Shown here: positions 29,377 through 38,153 of the stretch, piece by piece | Layout of the letters: the number at the start of each line of letters is the position of its first letter | Numbering within the stretch: position 1 is the first letter of the stretch | Source of the DNA: Gemmatimonas sp. | GTDB taxonomy: Bacteria; Gemmatimonadota; Gemmatimonadetes; Gemmatimonadales; Gemmatimonadaceae | Length of the DNA stretch: 64,000 nucleotides | Direction: 5' to 3' | NCBI GenBank assembly: GCA_965279375.1 | Contig: OZ257156.1 | Location: forward strand, 1,472,001-1,536,000 | Program-made: the position numbers and the translations under genes | The notes under the pieces: model-generated | The model's database searches: none | The model's input: the letters and a program-made list of their open reading frames with translations, nothing else | What the model was told of the DNA's origin: nothing

Positions 29377-30356
29377 GAGTTCTCGTCTTCATTCAATGGC
29401 CTGTGAAGGCATGGTCCATTCCCGATGCGCATGCGGCAGCGATCGCCGAGTCGTTTCCCGACGTGGAGTTCGTTCGCGCGCGTTCCGTGGACGAAGCCGC
29501 CGCGCTGATCGGCGATGTCGATGCGTGCTTCACACCATTTCTCAACCGCGAGATGGTCGCGTCGGCATCGAAGCTCCGCTGGGTGCATTCGCCGGCGGCG
29601 GCCGTGGAAGGATTGCTACCGTTGACCGAGCTGGCCGCAGCGGGGGTGATCGTCACCAACTCGCGAGGCATTCAGGCAATTCCCATCGCCGAGCATGTGA
29701 TGGGTGGTATGCTGATGTTGTCGCGCCGGCTCGATCGCATGCTGGTGGCGCAGCGTGAGCGACGGTGGATTCAGAACGAGCTCACGGAAGAATGGCCGTG
29801 GATGCTGCACGGGCAGCGCATGACCATCGTTGGATTGGGCACCATCGGTGTGGAGATTGCAAGACGTGCGCACGCCTTTGGCATGCAGGTGACCGGCGTG
29901 CGTCGTCGGCTCGATCAGGAGAAGCCTGCGTTCGTGGAGCGCGTCGTTGGTCCGGCGCAGTTGGACGCCGCACTGTCTGGCTGTGATGTGGTCGTGCTGT
30001 CCGCGCCGGGTGTTGCGTCTACGAACCGGATGATCGGTGCGCCGCAGCTGGCGCTGCTCAATCGCGGTGCGCTGCTGGTGAACGTGGCGCGTGCGGCCGT
30101 GGTGGATGAACGTGCGATGCTCGACGCGCTCGCGAGCGGGCAGCTTGGCGGCGCGGTGCTCGATGTGTTCGAGCGTGAGCCGCTGGACCCGTCGCATCCG
30201 CTGTGGAGCACGCCCAATGTGCTCATCACGCCGCACAGCTCTGGCTTTCGCCGTTCGCACTGGGACGCGGTCACGGCGCTCTACAGTGCGAACCTGCGAC
30301 GCTACCTCCGCCACGATGCGCTCGAGAACTTGGTCGACCTGTCGGCGGGATACTGA
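29373..30356 (+). CDS. D-2-hydroxyacid dehydrogenase
   Basis: GLGTIG, VNVAR, LDVFEREPL, ITPHSSG; GTGA overlap with the previous gene. Confidence 0.92.
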   Translation: MRVLVFIQWPVKAWSIPDAHAAAIAESFPDVEFVRARSVDEAAALIGDVDACFTPFLNREMVASASKLRWVHSPAAAVEGLLPLTELAAAGVIVTNSRGIQAIPIAEHVMGGMLMLSRRLDRMLVAQRERRWIQNELTEEWPWMLHGQRMTIVGLGTIGVEIARRAHAFGMQVTGVRRRLDQEKPAFVERVVGPAQLDAALSGCDVVVLSAPGVASTNRMIGAPQLALLNRGALLVNVARAAVVDERAMLDALASGQLGGAVLDVFEREPLDPSHPLWSTPNVLITPHSSGFRRSHWDAVTALYSANLRRYLRHDALENLVDLSAGY

Positions 30357-30382
30357 CGCATGTCGCATGGCGTGGAGGAGTC

Positions 30383-31378
30383 GTGATCGCTGAAACGCGG
30401 AATCTGCAGACGCGTCGTCGCGTCTTCATGCTGGGTGCGACGGGCACCATTGGCCGCGCGACTGTGCGCGCGCTGGTGCGACATGGATACGAGGTCGTCT
30501 GCTTCGTGCGCCATGCATCGCGCGCGGCGAACAACTTCGCGGCGGATGGTGTGACGGTGCGCGTCGGCGATGTCGGCGATCGCGCGTCCATCGCGCGCGA
30601 CGGTATGCAAGGCGAACGCTTTGACGTTGTGGTGTCGTGCATGGCGTCGCGCACGGGCGTCGCGCGCGATGCGTGGGCGATCGATCACGCGGCGCACGTG
30701 AACGTGCTGGAGGTGGCCAGGCAGCACGGCGTCACGCAAATGGTGCTACTGTCGGCGATCTGCGTGCAGAAGCCGTTGCTCGCGTTTCAGCACGCCAAGT
30801 TGGCGTTCGAGCAGGCATTGATTGAATCGGGGCTCGTCTACTCCATCGTGCGTCCAACGGCGTTCTTCAAGTCGCTGTCGGGGCAGGTGGCGCGCGTGCA
30901 GCAGGGGAAGCCGTACCTGATGTTTAGTGACGGTACGCTGACAGCATGCAAGCCGATCAGCGACGGTGATCTGGCCGAGTTCATCGCGACTTGCATTGCG
31001 GATACGACGCGTCACAATCGCATTCTGCCGATCGGTGGGCTGGGCAAGGCACAGACCCCGCGCGAGCAAGGAGAGCAGTTGTTCGCGCTGCTGGGACAGC
31101 CTCCCAAGTTCAAGCAGGTGCCCGTCGCCCTGCTGGACGTCATTGTCGGTGTACTCGGCGCGCTGGGTCGTGTCATACCGCCGCTTGCGGCCAAGGCGGA
31201 GTTGGCGCGCATCGGCAGATACTACGCAACCGAATCGATGCTGGTGTGGGACACCAAGAGCGGGCGCTACGACGCGGACGCCACGCCCTCGACGGGACGC
31301 GATACGTTGCGCGACTATCATGCGCAGCTCATCCGCGGTGAGGTTACGTTGGACCGCGGAGACCAAGCGGTTTTCTGA
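30383..31378 (+). CDS. bciA: 3,8-divinyl (proto)chlorophyllide a 8-vinyl reductase (NADPH)
   Basis: GATGTIG, SCMASRTG..DAWAID, LLSAICVQKPLLAFQHAKLAFE, VRPTAFFKSLSGQV, CKPISD, RIGRYYATESML are BciA/DVR signatures; GGAGGAG RBS before GTG. Confidence 0.88.
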   Translation: MIAETRNLQTRRRVFMLGATGTIGRATVRALVRHGYEVVCFVRHASRAANNFAADGVTVRVGDVGDRASIARDGMQGERFDVVVSCMASRTGVARDAWAIDHAAHVNVLEVARQHGVTQMVLLSAICVQKPLLAFQHAKLAFEQALIESGLVYSIVRPTAFFKSLSGQVARVQQGKPYLMFSDGTLTACKPISDGDLAEFIATCIADTTRHNRILPIGGLGKAQTPREQGEQLFALLGQPPKFKQVPVALLDVIVGVLGALGRVIPPLAAKAELARIGRYYATESMLVWDTKSGRYDADATPSTGRDTLRDYHAQLIRGEVTLDRGDQAVF

Positions 31379-32529
31379 TGCACTACTTCTCCCGCACCCA
31401 TCTGCTCATGCGTGCATGTCCGCGTGTTCGCGCTCTGCTCCCGATTGTCACTGCATCGGCCGTGATGGTGGCCTGCGCCTCCGCGACGCGAACGGCGTCC
31501 TCGTCGCCGTCGACTGAGCGGCCGTTCTGGGGCGCGCCGAGTGCCGGGAAGACGCACACATTGATGCCATCGCCGACGACCGTGGTGAATGGCGGCTACG
31601 ATCCGGCGGCAGCACCGGTGGTGCGCATGGCGTCCGGCGATCTGTTGGATGTGGGCACCGTTTCAACGTGCGGCACGCGCTTGCTGCAGCCGGGCAAGGA
31701 CTCGGGGCAAATCGAGCCGGCGATTCGTGCCATTCAGGCGGCGGTCACGGCGGGAACGCTCAAGCGAGGCCCGGGCGGCCATGTGCTGACGGGGCCCGTG
31801 TACGTGGAGGGCGCGCAACCGGGCGATGTGCTCGAGGTGCGATTGCAGTCGATCGCGCTCGACGCACCATACGCATGCAACAGTTTCAGCTCGCGCAACG
31901 GCTTCATCCCGGAAGATTTCCCCAACACGACCAGGTCACGCATCGTCCCGCTGGACAAGCAGCGCATGGTTGGACGGTTCGACGATTCGCTCGGAATCGA
32001 GATTCCGCTACGGCCGTTCTTCGGCAGTCTTGGTGTCGCGCCTCCAGTGGAGAAGGGGCGCATCAACAGCGCGCCACCAGGGATGCATGCGGGCAATCTC
32101 GACAACAAGGAGCTCACCGCGGGCACGATTCTCTACATCCCCGTCAACGTGCCTGGTGCGCTGGTGCACATCGGCGACGGCCATGCGGCGCAGGGCGACG
32201 GCGAGGTGGACATCACGGCACTCGAGACGTCGCTGCGCGGTGTGCTGCAGCTCATCGTGCGCAAGGACATGAAGCTCACGTGGCCGCGTGGCGAGACGCG
32301 TACGCACTGGATCGCGATGGGCGCGGACAGTAATCTGACCATCGCGGCGAAGATTGCTGTACGCGAGGCCATCACACTGCTGGGTGACGTGAAGAAGCTC
32401 TCGCGTGAAGATGCATACCAGTTGGTGAGCACGGCGTGCGATGTGCGCATCACGCAGCTGGTGGATGGGACGATGGGTGTGCACGTGATGATTCCCAAGT
32501 CGCTTTTCACCGCGGCAGTTCGGCGTTAG
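31378..32529 (+). CDS. Acetamidase/formamidase family protein, predicted lipoprotein
   Basis: Lipobox MVAC; HVLTGPVYVEGAQPGD, GNLDN, GDGHAAQGDGEV..TALE. Confidence 0.9.
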   Translation: MHYFSRTHLLMRACPRVRALLPIVTASAVMVACASATRTASSSPSTERPFWGAPSAGKTHTLMPSPTTVVNGGYDPAAAPVVRMASGDLLDVGTVSTCGTRLLQPGKDSGQIEPAIRAIQAAVTAGTLKRGPGGHVLTGPVYVEGAQPGDVLEVRLQSIALDAPYACNSFSSRNGFIPEDFPNTTRSRIVPLDKQRMVGRFDDSLGIEIPLRPFFGSLGVAPPVEKGRINSAPPGMHAGNLDNKELTAGTILYIPVNVPGALVHIGDGHAAQGDGEVDITALETSLRGVLQLIVRKDMKLTWPRGETRTHWIAMGADSNLTIAAKIAVREAITLLGDVKKLSREDAYQLVSTACDVRITQLVDGTMGVHVMIPKSLFTAAVRR

Positions 32530-32572
32530 AGCACGGCTGTGCGGCATGCCCGCGTACCAGGAGGGATATTCG

Positions 32573-33097
32573 ATGCACTTTGAACTCGAGCATGCACGTC
32601 AAGTGCTGCAGCGCACGCCGGCAACCCTGCACTCGCTCTTGAGCGGCCTTGGCGACGCGTGGGTGACGGGAACCGAAGGGCCGGAGACCTGGTCGCCGTA
32701 CGACATTGTGGGACACATGCTGCACGGCGAGAAGACCGACTGGATTGCTCGCGCGCAGATCATTCTCGCGCGCGGAGACGACCGGCGTTTCGCGCCGTAT
32801 GATCGCTTCGCCCAGTTTCGCGAGAGTCAGGGGCGCACACTCGAGGAGTTGCTCGCAGACTTCGCGGCACACCGCCATCGCAATCTCGATACGCTTGCGC
32901 GTTGGTCGCTGACCGAGGAGCAACTCGACTGGGAAGGTGAGCACCCAGCGTTTGGTGCCGTCACCTTGCGTCAGCTCCTCTCGACGTGGGTGGCGCACGA
33001 TCTTGGACATCTCGCGCAGGTCACGCGCGTCATGGCCAAACAGTACCGCGAAGCGGTTGGGCCGTGGCGCGCGTATCTGCCGGTGATGGATCGCTGA
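32573..33097 (+). CDS. DinB family protein
   Basis: WSPYDIVGHM, HPAFG, WVAHDLGH; GGAGG RBS. Confidence 0.9.
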   Translation: MHFELEHARQVLQRTPATLHSLLSGLGDAWVTGTEGPETWSPYDIVGHMLHGEKTDWIARAQIILARGDDRRFAPYDRFAQFRESQGRTLEELLADFAAHRHRNLDTLARWSLTEEQLDWEGEHPAFGAVTLRQLLSTWVAHDLGHLAQVTRVMAKQYREAVGPWRAYLPVMDR

Positions 33098-33368
33098 CGA
33101 TGAAGGCGCGCTACGGTGCGGCGTGCGTCCTCTGCCTCTCTCCGGCAGAGATCGCCCGCCATCACGGTTGCTGAACAGGATCTCCAGCGATCGTCCCGCG
33201 GGACAGTAGGCCGTCTGCATCCGAAGCGGACACGCTGACGAATACCGATCGTGCGGTCGCGCACTCCTCGCGCGCCAACCTTGCTCTCGCGCATCGTTCG
33301 GAACCCATTGATCTCTCCATATGAGTCTTGCTCCTCTCCGTGCGCACGTTGCTGTGTGTCGCTCCCTG

Positions 33369-34658
33369 ATGCGTCGGTGCGTTCTAGGTGTGGTCGCGGT
33401 GCTTGGCATCGCCCCCGCGCAGCTCGCGGCACAGACCTCGACGTCCGACCGCATTGCCGGCGAGTGGGTGTTTCAAATGGACGGCGACGATCAGCCGCAG
33501 CGCGTCGTGCTCTCGGTCGAACGAGACAGTCTCCGCGGCCAGGTGTACGGGCAGGCACTCGTGGGAGCGTTGCGCGGATCGCGCGTAGAGTTCCGCGTGG
33601 GCGATTTCCGGTGGCGTGCCACGCTTCGAGGCGATAGCCTCACCGGATGGCTGGGCGTCGGAGCGGATTCATCGGCGTGGAGCGGGCAGCGGTTCCGTCC
33701 ACGGGCGACAGGGCGCGCGTTCAATCTCGAACCGAGCACCTTCCATCGCGGCCTCAGCGCAACGGTGACACCAGCGCTGCGGATCTATTCGGGTGACACC
33801 GTACGCACGACCACGCTCGATGCGGGCGGCTGGGGACGCGGAGCCTTCGGCGACCGGACCAACAAGCGATCGGTGGGAGGGAACCCCCTAACCGGCCCTT
33901 TCTTCGTAGAAGGGGCGGTACCCGGCGATGTGCTCGTGGTGCGTCTGCATCGCGTGCGGCTCAGTCGTGACTGGGCGTTCAGCGGGACGCAGCTCATCGA
34001 CAATGCCATCGATGCGCGCTATGCGGTTGAACGCAAGTCGGTGGACGTCGACAACAAGTGGACGCTGGACACACTCGCGCAAACGGCGCGCCTCACCAAG
34101 CCGACGCCGGGTCTCGCAGACTTCCGCGTGCCGCTGCGTCCATTTCTTGGCGTGGTCGCCGTCGCACCGGGCGGTTCGTTCATGCCAACCTCGCGCGACT
34201 CCGGGCCCTACGGTGGCAACATGGAGTACGCGCAGCTGCGTGAAGGCACGACGCTCTACCTGCCCGTCTCCACCACGGGCGCATACCTCTACCTCGGCGA
34301 TGGGCACGCAGCACAAGGCGACGGTGAGCTCACCGGCGATGCGATGGAGACGGCGCTCGACGTGACGTTCTCCGTGGAGATCAAACGGTGGGGCTTTGCG
34401 GCGATGCCACGCGCGGAGACCGCAGAGCACATCATGTCGATCGGCACCGCTGGTTCGCTGGACGAGGCGATGCGGCGCGCCACGACGGACATGGCGCGAT
34501 GGATCGAGGCCGACTACGACGTCACCGCAACCGATGTGGCCCTCATCATGGGCTTCGCGCTGATCTACGACATCCCGGACCTGGTCCCGCCGACCGTCGG
34601 CGTGTCGGCACGGATCCCCAAGTCCGCGCTCGCGACCCTCAGGCGGCGCCAGCGCTAA
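33369..34658 (+). CDS. Acetamidase/formamidase family protein with signal peptide and extra N-terminal beta domain
   Basis: NPLTGPFFVEGAVPGD, GGNME, GDGHAAQGDGEL..AME. Confidence 0.88.
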   Translation: MRRCVLGVVAVLGIAPAQLAAQTSTSDRIAGEWVFQMDGDDQPQRVVLSVERDSLRGQVYGQALVGALRGSRVEFRVGDFRWRATLRGDSLTGWLGVGADSSAWSGQRFRPRATGRAFNLEPSTFHRGLSATVTPALRIYSGDTVRTTTLDAGGWGRGAFGDRTNKRSVGGNPLTGPFFVEGAVPGDVLVVRLHRVRLSRDWAFSGTQLIDNAIDARYAVERKSVDVDNKWTLDTLAQTARLTKPTPGLADFRVPLRPFLGVVAVAPGGSFMPTSRDSGPYGGNMEYAQLREGTTLYLPVSTTGAYLYLGDGHAAQGDGELTGDAMETALDVTFSVEIKRWGFAAMPRAETAEHIMSIGTAGSLDEAMRRATTDMARWIEADYDVTATDVALIMGFALIYDIPDLVPPTVGVSARIPKSALATLRRRQR

Positions 34659-34731
34659 CCCGCCAGTCGCTGGCCGACCGCACGCCAATCGACCGGATGC
34701 CTCTCCGGCCCGGGCGGTCGTAGAATACGGC

Positions 34732-35178
34732 ATGCGCAAACACATACTCCTGTATGGTCTGCTCGCCGGCGTCTGCATCGCCGGCCTGAAAGCCATCGAG
34801 TACCGGTGGCTCGTGGTCGAACACTCGATCGAGATCTACGGCGGTCTGGTCGCGGTCATCTTCGCCGCGATCGGACTCTGGCTGGGACTCAAGCTCACCC
34901 GCCCCGCGCCCGAGGCCATCGTGCGCGAAGTGCTTGTCGAGGCTCCGCGCGAGTTCGTCCGCGATCAAGGTGCGCTGGAGTCCCTGGGGGTGACGCCGCG
35001 CGAGCTCGAAATTCTCGAGCTCATCGCCTCAGGGCTGAGCAACAAGGAGATCGCCGAGCGTGTTTTCGTCAGCGAGAATACGGTGAAGACGCACTCCAGC
35101 CGTGTCTTCGACAAGCTGGGCGCCAAGCGGCGGACACAGGCGGTCCAGTTTGCTCGCGAGCGCCGCCTGATTCAGTAG
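34732..35178 (+). CDS. Membrane-anchored LuxR-family HTH regulator
   Basis: Two N-terminal TM helices, then TPRELEIL..GLSNKEIA..SENTVKTH; no receiver domain. Confidence 0.9.
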   Translation: MRKHILLYGLLAGVCIAGLKAIEYRWLVVEHSIEIYGGLVAVIFAAIGLWLGLKLTRPAPEAIVREVLVEAPREFVRDQGALESLGVTPRELEILELIASGLSNKEIAERVFVSENTVKTHSSRVFDKLGAKRRTQAVQFARERRLIQ

Positions 35179-35266
35179 CCATGTAGCCTGTCGAAGCGGT
35201 CGAAGTGACCGCTTTGCGGCTAAGCGTCTACCTCTTTCTGGTGATTTCAGGCCCCAACGCGGAAAA

Positions 35267-35282
35267 TCATCCCTTTGGGTGA
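35267..35282. promoter_or_regulatory. Putative LuxR box upstream of the DUF4199 gene
   Basis: Imperfect palindrome tcatccctttgggtga, upstream of a TAGAAT -10-like box. Confidence 0.4.
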
Positions 35283-35339
35283 CGCAATCGGATGGCTGGG
35301 CGGCCTAGAATCGGCGCTCCTCAACCCCTTGGAGCAGTC

Positions 35340-35891
35340 ATGAAGAAGATCAGCCTCACATTCGGTCTCATTGCCGGCGGCATCATGTCGGCGATGCTGT
35401 TGCTGGCCCTCCCGTTTCAGGATCAGCTAGGGTTCGACCGCGGCGCCATCCTCGGCTACACGACGATGGTGGTCGCCTTTCTGATGGTATACTTCGGCGT
35501 TCGTTCCTATCGGGATACGGTCGGCGAAGGGCGCATCACCTTTGGCCGTGCGTTCACCGTGGGGCTGATGATCACGCTGGTGGCGACGGTTTGCTACGTC
35601 ACCACCTGGGAGTTCATCTACTTCAATCTGGCGCCGGATTTCGGTGACAAGATGGCCGCGGCCGCGATCGCCAAGGCAAAGGCGTCCGGCGCCACCGAGG
35701 CCCAGGTCGCTGCGCAGGCGAAGGCGATGGCCGAGTTCGCGGAGTCCTACAAGAACCCGCTGGTGAACATCGCGTACACCTTCCTCGAGCCGCTGCCGGT
35801 TGGCCTGCTGTTCACGCTCGTCACTGCCGGCTTGCTCAGCCGAAAGCGCGGGCAAAGCGCGGCGCCCGCTTTCACGTCACAGACCACCTGA
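35340..35891 (+). CDS. DUF4199 family membrane protein
   Basis: 4 TM helices; GVRSYRD..G.ITFGRAF..G, EPLPVG. Confidence 0.85.
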   Translation: MKKISLTFGLIAGGIMSAMLLLALPFQDQLGFDRGAILGYTTMVVAFLMVYFGVRSYRDTVGEGRITFGRAFTVGLMITLVATVCYVTTWEFIYFNLAPDFGDKMAAAAIAKAKASGATEAQVAAQAKAMAEFAESYKNPLVNIAYTFLEPLPVGLLFTLVTAGLLSRKRGQSAAPAFTSQTT

Positions 35892-35894
35892 GCA

Positions 35895-36380
35895 TTGGCT
35901 ACACACGTCGTTCTCGTGCATCCGGAAATTCACTGGAATACCGGCAATGCCGGACGCACTTGTCTGGCAACCGGTGCCACGTTGCACCTGATCGAACCAC
36001 TCGGGTTTTCGCTGGGCGAGCGAGAAGTGAAGCGCGCGGGGCTCGACTACTGGGAGCATGTGGATGTGCGCGTGTGGCCGGACTGGGATACGTTCGAGCG
36101 CGCACTTCCCACACTCGGCGAGCCCTTCTTCTTCTCTACGAAGGCGACGCAGCTGTTCTGGGATGCGCCACTCGGCGCAACATCGGACGTCGTGCTGATA
36201 TTTGGACGCGAGACCGGTGGCCTCCCCGAGGGATTGCATGCGACGTACGCTGAGCGCTTTGTTGCGATGCCGATTCATTCACCGCGCGTGCGATCGCTGA
36301 ACCTGTCGACCAGCGTTGCGATTGCGGTGTACGAAGTGCTGCGCCAACAGCGGAGTATTTCTCATGCCGAAGGACCGTAA
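35895..36380 (+). CDS. trmL: tRNA (cytidine/uridine-34 2'-O)-methyltransferase (SPOUT)
   Basis: PEI..NTGNAGR, KRAGLDYW, FGRETGGL, RSLNLSTSVAI..YE; TTG start. Confidence 0.9.
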   Translation: MATHVVLVHPEIHWNTGNAGRTCLATGATLHLIEPLGFSLGEREVKRAGLDYWEHVDVRVWPDWDTFERALPTLGEPFFFSTKATQLFWDAPLGATSDVVLIFGRETGGLPEGLHATYAERFVAMPIHSPRVRSLNLSTSVAIAVYEVLRQQRSISHAEGP

Positions 36381-36999
36381 AGACCGCGACTATTTCCGGT
36401 GGGCGACGAGCGTCGCCATTGTCAGCGTCTCCCTGCTCTGTGCTGCACATGTCGATGCGCAACCTGCGCCGCTCGACGAGATCATTCGACGAAAGCTTCC
36501 CGTCGACAGCGTGTACAACGGCATTCCCTGTGCGCGCTCCGACCGCGCGCCGGCCGAGTTTCATCGCAACGAACGTATCGCCAGCTGTGCGCTCTCTCGC
36601 GACTTCGATGCGGGGCGACATCGCTTCACCGCAGGGACGTGGCTCGACTACAACGCGGCCGGCGTGCTGTGGGGCGCATGGCTCGATCGTCACACTTCGC
36701 TCGACGGGCATCGCTGTCGCGGTGAAGGCTACAAGGCGTGGAGTGTGCGCTTCTACCCCAGCGGCGCGCTGTCTGGATGCTATCTCGCTGCCGACACCGT
36801 GGAGAGCGGCGTGCCGTGCATGCGCGGTACGTTCCTGCGTGAACTGCGCGGCGGCGGCAAAACCGCATTGCAGCTCTACCCCGACGGCCGATTCAAGCGT
36901 TGCATGGCGGCGCGAGATACCACGGTTGACGGGCGTGGCATCAAGAAGTGGCAGCTCGTGGAGCGAGACAGTGTGACGGCGCAGCTACGCGTGCGCTAA
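36364..36999 (+). CDS. Hypothetical secreted Cys-rich repeat protein
   Basis: Signal-like N-terminus; four (F/Y)xxxGxLxxCxLxxD-like repeats. Confidence 0.6.
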   Translation: MPKDRKDRDYFRWATSVAIVSVSLLCAAHVDAQPAPLDEIIRRKLPVDSVYNGIPCARSDRAPAEFHRNERIASCALSRDFDAGRHRFTAGTWLDYNAAGVLWGAWLDRHTSLDGHRCRGEGYKAWSVRFYPSGALSGCYLAADTVESGVPCMRGTFLRELRGGGKTALQLYPDGRFKRCMAARDTTVDGRGIKKWQLVERDSVTAQLRVR

Positions 37000-37055
37000 C
37001 TGTGAGGAGACTCTGGCGCGAGAACTCCGGATTCGCGACCGGGCGATCACGCGCG

Positions 37056-37898
37056 TCACTCGTTCGACAACAGCTCCGCGTAGTGCGTTTCTGCGCACGT
37101 CGGGCAGACGCCGTGTGAGAGTTTCGACGGCGAGCGCTGCGAAGCGAAGCGTTCGAGCGGTTGCCATGAGTTGCTATCGTCTCGAACGGCTTTGCAGTGC
37201 ATACAGACGCTGACGAACTCGCCGAGTGCCAAGGTGAGGCGTTGCTCCACAGCTGCCCGTGCGGTCAGTTCGTTGTTGTGTGACAAACGAAAGAACGAGG
37301 CGAAGAGGCCGAAGCACACGAACAGCTGCATCGCCAGCGATCCCATGAACGTTACCGTGAACAGCGCCGAGCCGCTTGGCATCAGCGGCGAGGAGGTGGA
37401 GAAGATCGCGTACATCCCCAACGCGCCCGCGGTGGGAATGCGCTCCAGGCGCGGAAGGGTTTCGGTGCGGCACAGCTCCCAGACTGCGAGCGCGAGCAGG
37501 ACGGCCATCGTGCTCACTTCGATCTGTGCGGAGAGCACCCGCGATTCGATCCACGCCGCGAGCAGATGCGCCGCAACGGTCACCGAAACCGCCAGCGTGA
37601 GTATGAACGTAGGCGCCAGCCGTCGTCCGCGAATCGCATACGCGCCGGCGAGCACCGTTCCTGCGAAGGCGACGCGAAGGGCGCCAACGAGCAGCATGCT
37701 CCATTCCGGTGGCTCCACGCCCGGCGCGCGGAGAAAGATCGTGCTGACCGAGTACCGCGCGAGCAGCAGCGTCCACGCGATGGCCCAATAGCGCGCCAGT
37801 CGCTCGCGACGGAGCACCGCGAGATACAGCAACACGCTGATGCACACGCTTGCCACCAGAATCGGCAAGCCGGAGCGGAAGAGGCTTTCGCGAAACAC
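37056..37898 (-). CDS. Multi-TM membrane protein with C-terminal CxxC...HGxCxxC domain
   Basis: About 7 hydrophobic segments, then VCMHCKAVRD..W...SHGVCPTC; start uncertain (GTG 37898). Confidence 0.75.
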   Translation of the reverse strand: MFRESLFRSGLPILVASVCISVLLYLAVLRRERLARYWAIAWTLLLARYSVSTIFLRAPGVEPPEWSMLLVGALRVAFAGTVLAGAYAIRGRRLAPTFILTLAVSVTVAAHLLAAWIESRVLSAQIEVSTMAVLLALAVWELCRTETLPRLERIPTAGALGMYAIFSTSSPLMPSGSALFTVTFMGSLAMQLFVCFGLFASFFRLSHNNELTARAAVEQRLTLALGEFVSVCMHCKAVRDDSNSWQPLERFASQRSPSKLSHGVCPTCAETHYAELLSNE

Positions 37899-38153
37899 TA
37901 GCGGATGGATGCCGCGACGGAGAGGCGACGCAGAGGGCTGGGCGAAGAGAGCACGCGCAAACAATACGCCCGAAGCGGCCCGGCTGCATGCGCGCGATAC
38001 CAGCAGTGAACGTGGACCGGACGGGATAAGGACTGGCGGATCGTCGGAGATACGGCGTATGTCTGCCGGGCAACGACTTGGCCCTGATTTGCCACGGCGG
38101 TATCGCGCTCTCGATCGCCCATCTCCCCAACGCCGACGCGGTCGCGCTGCTCC

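Noticed and set aside
33098..33368. 270-bp gap with hairpin ctctgcc/ggcagag (33130-33150): sRNA, terminator or small gene
   Set aside because: No U-tract, no convincing ORF and no recognisable RNA motif.
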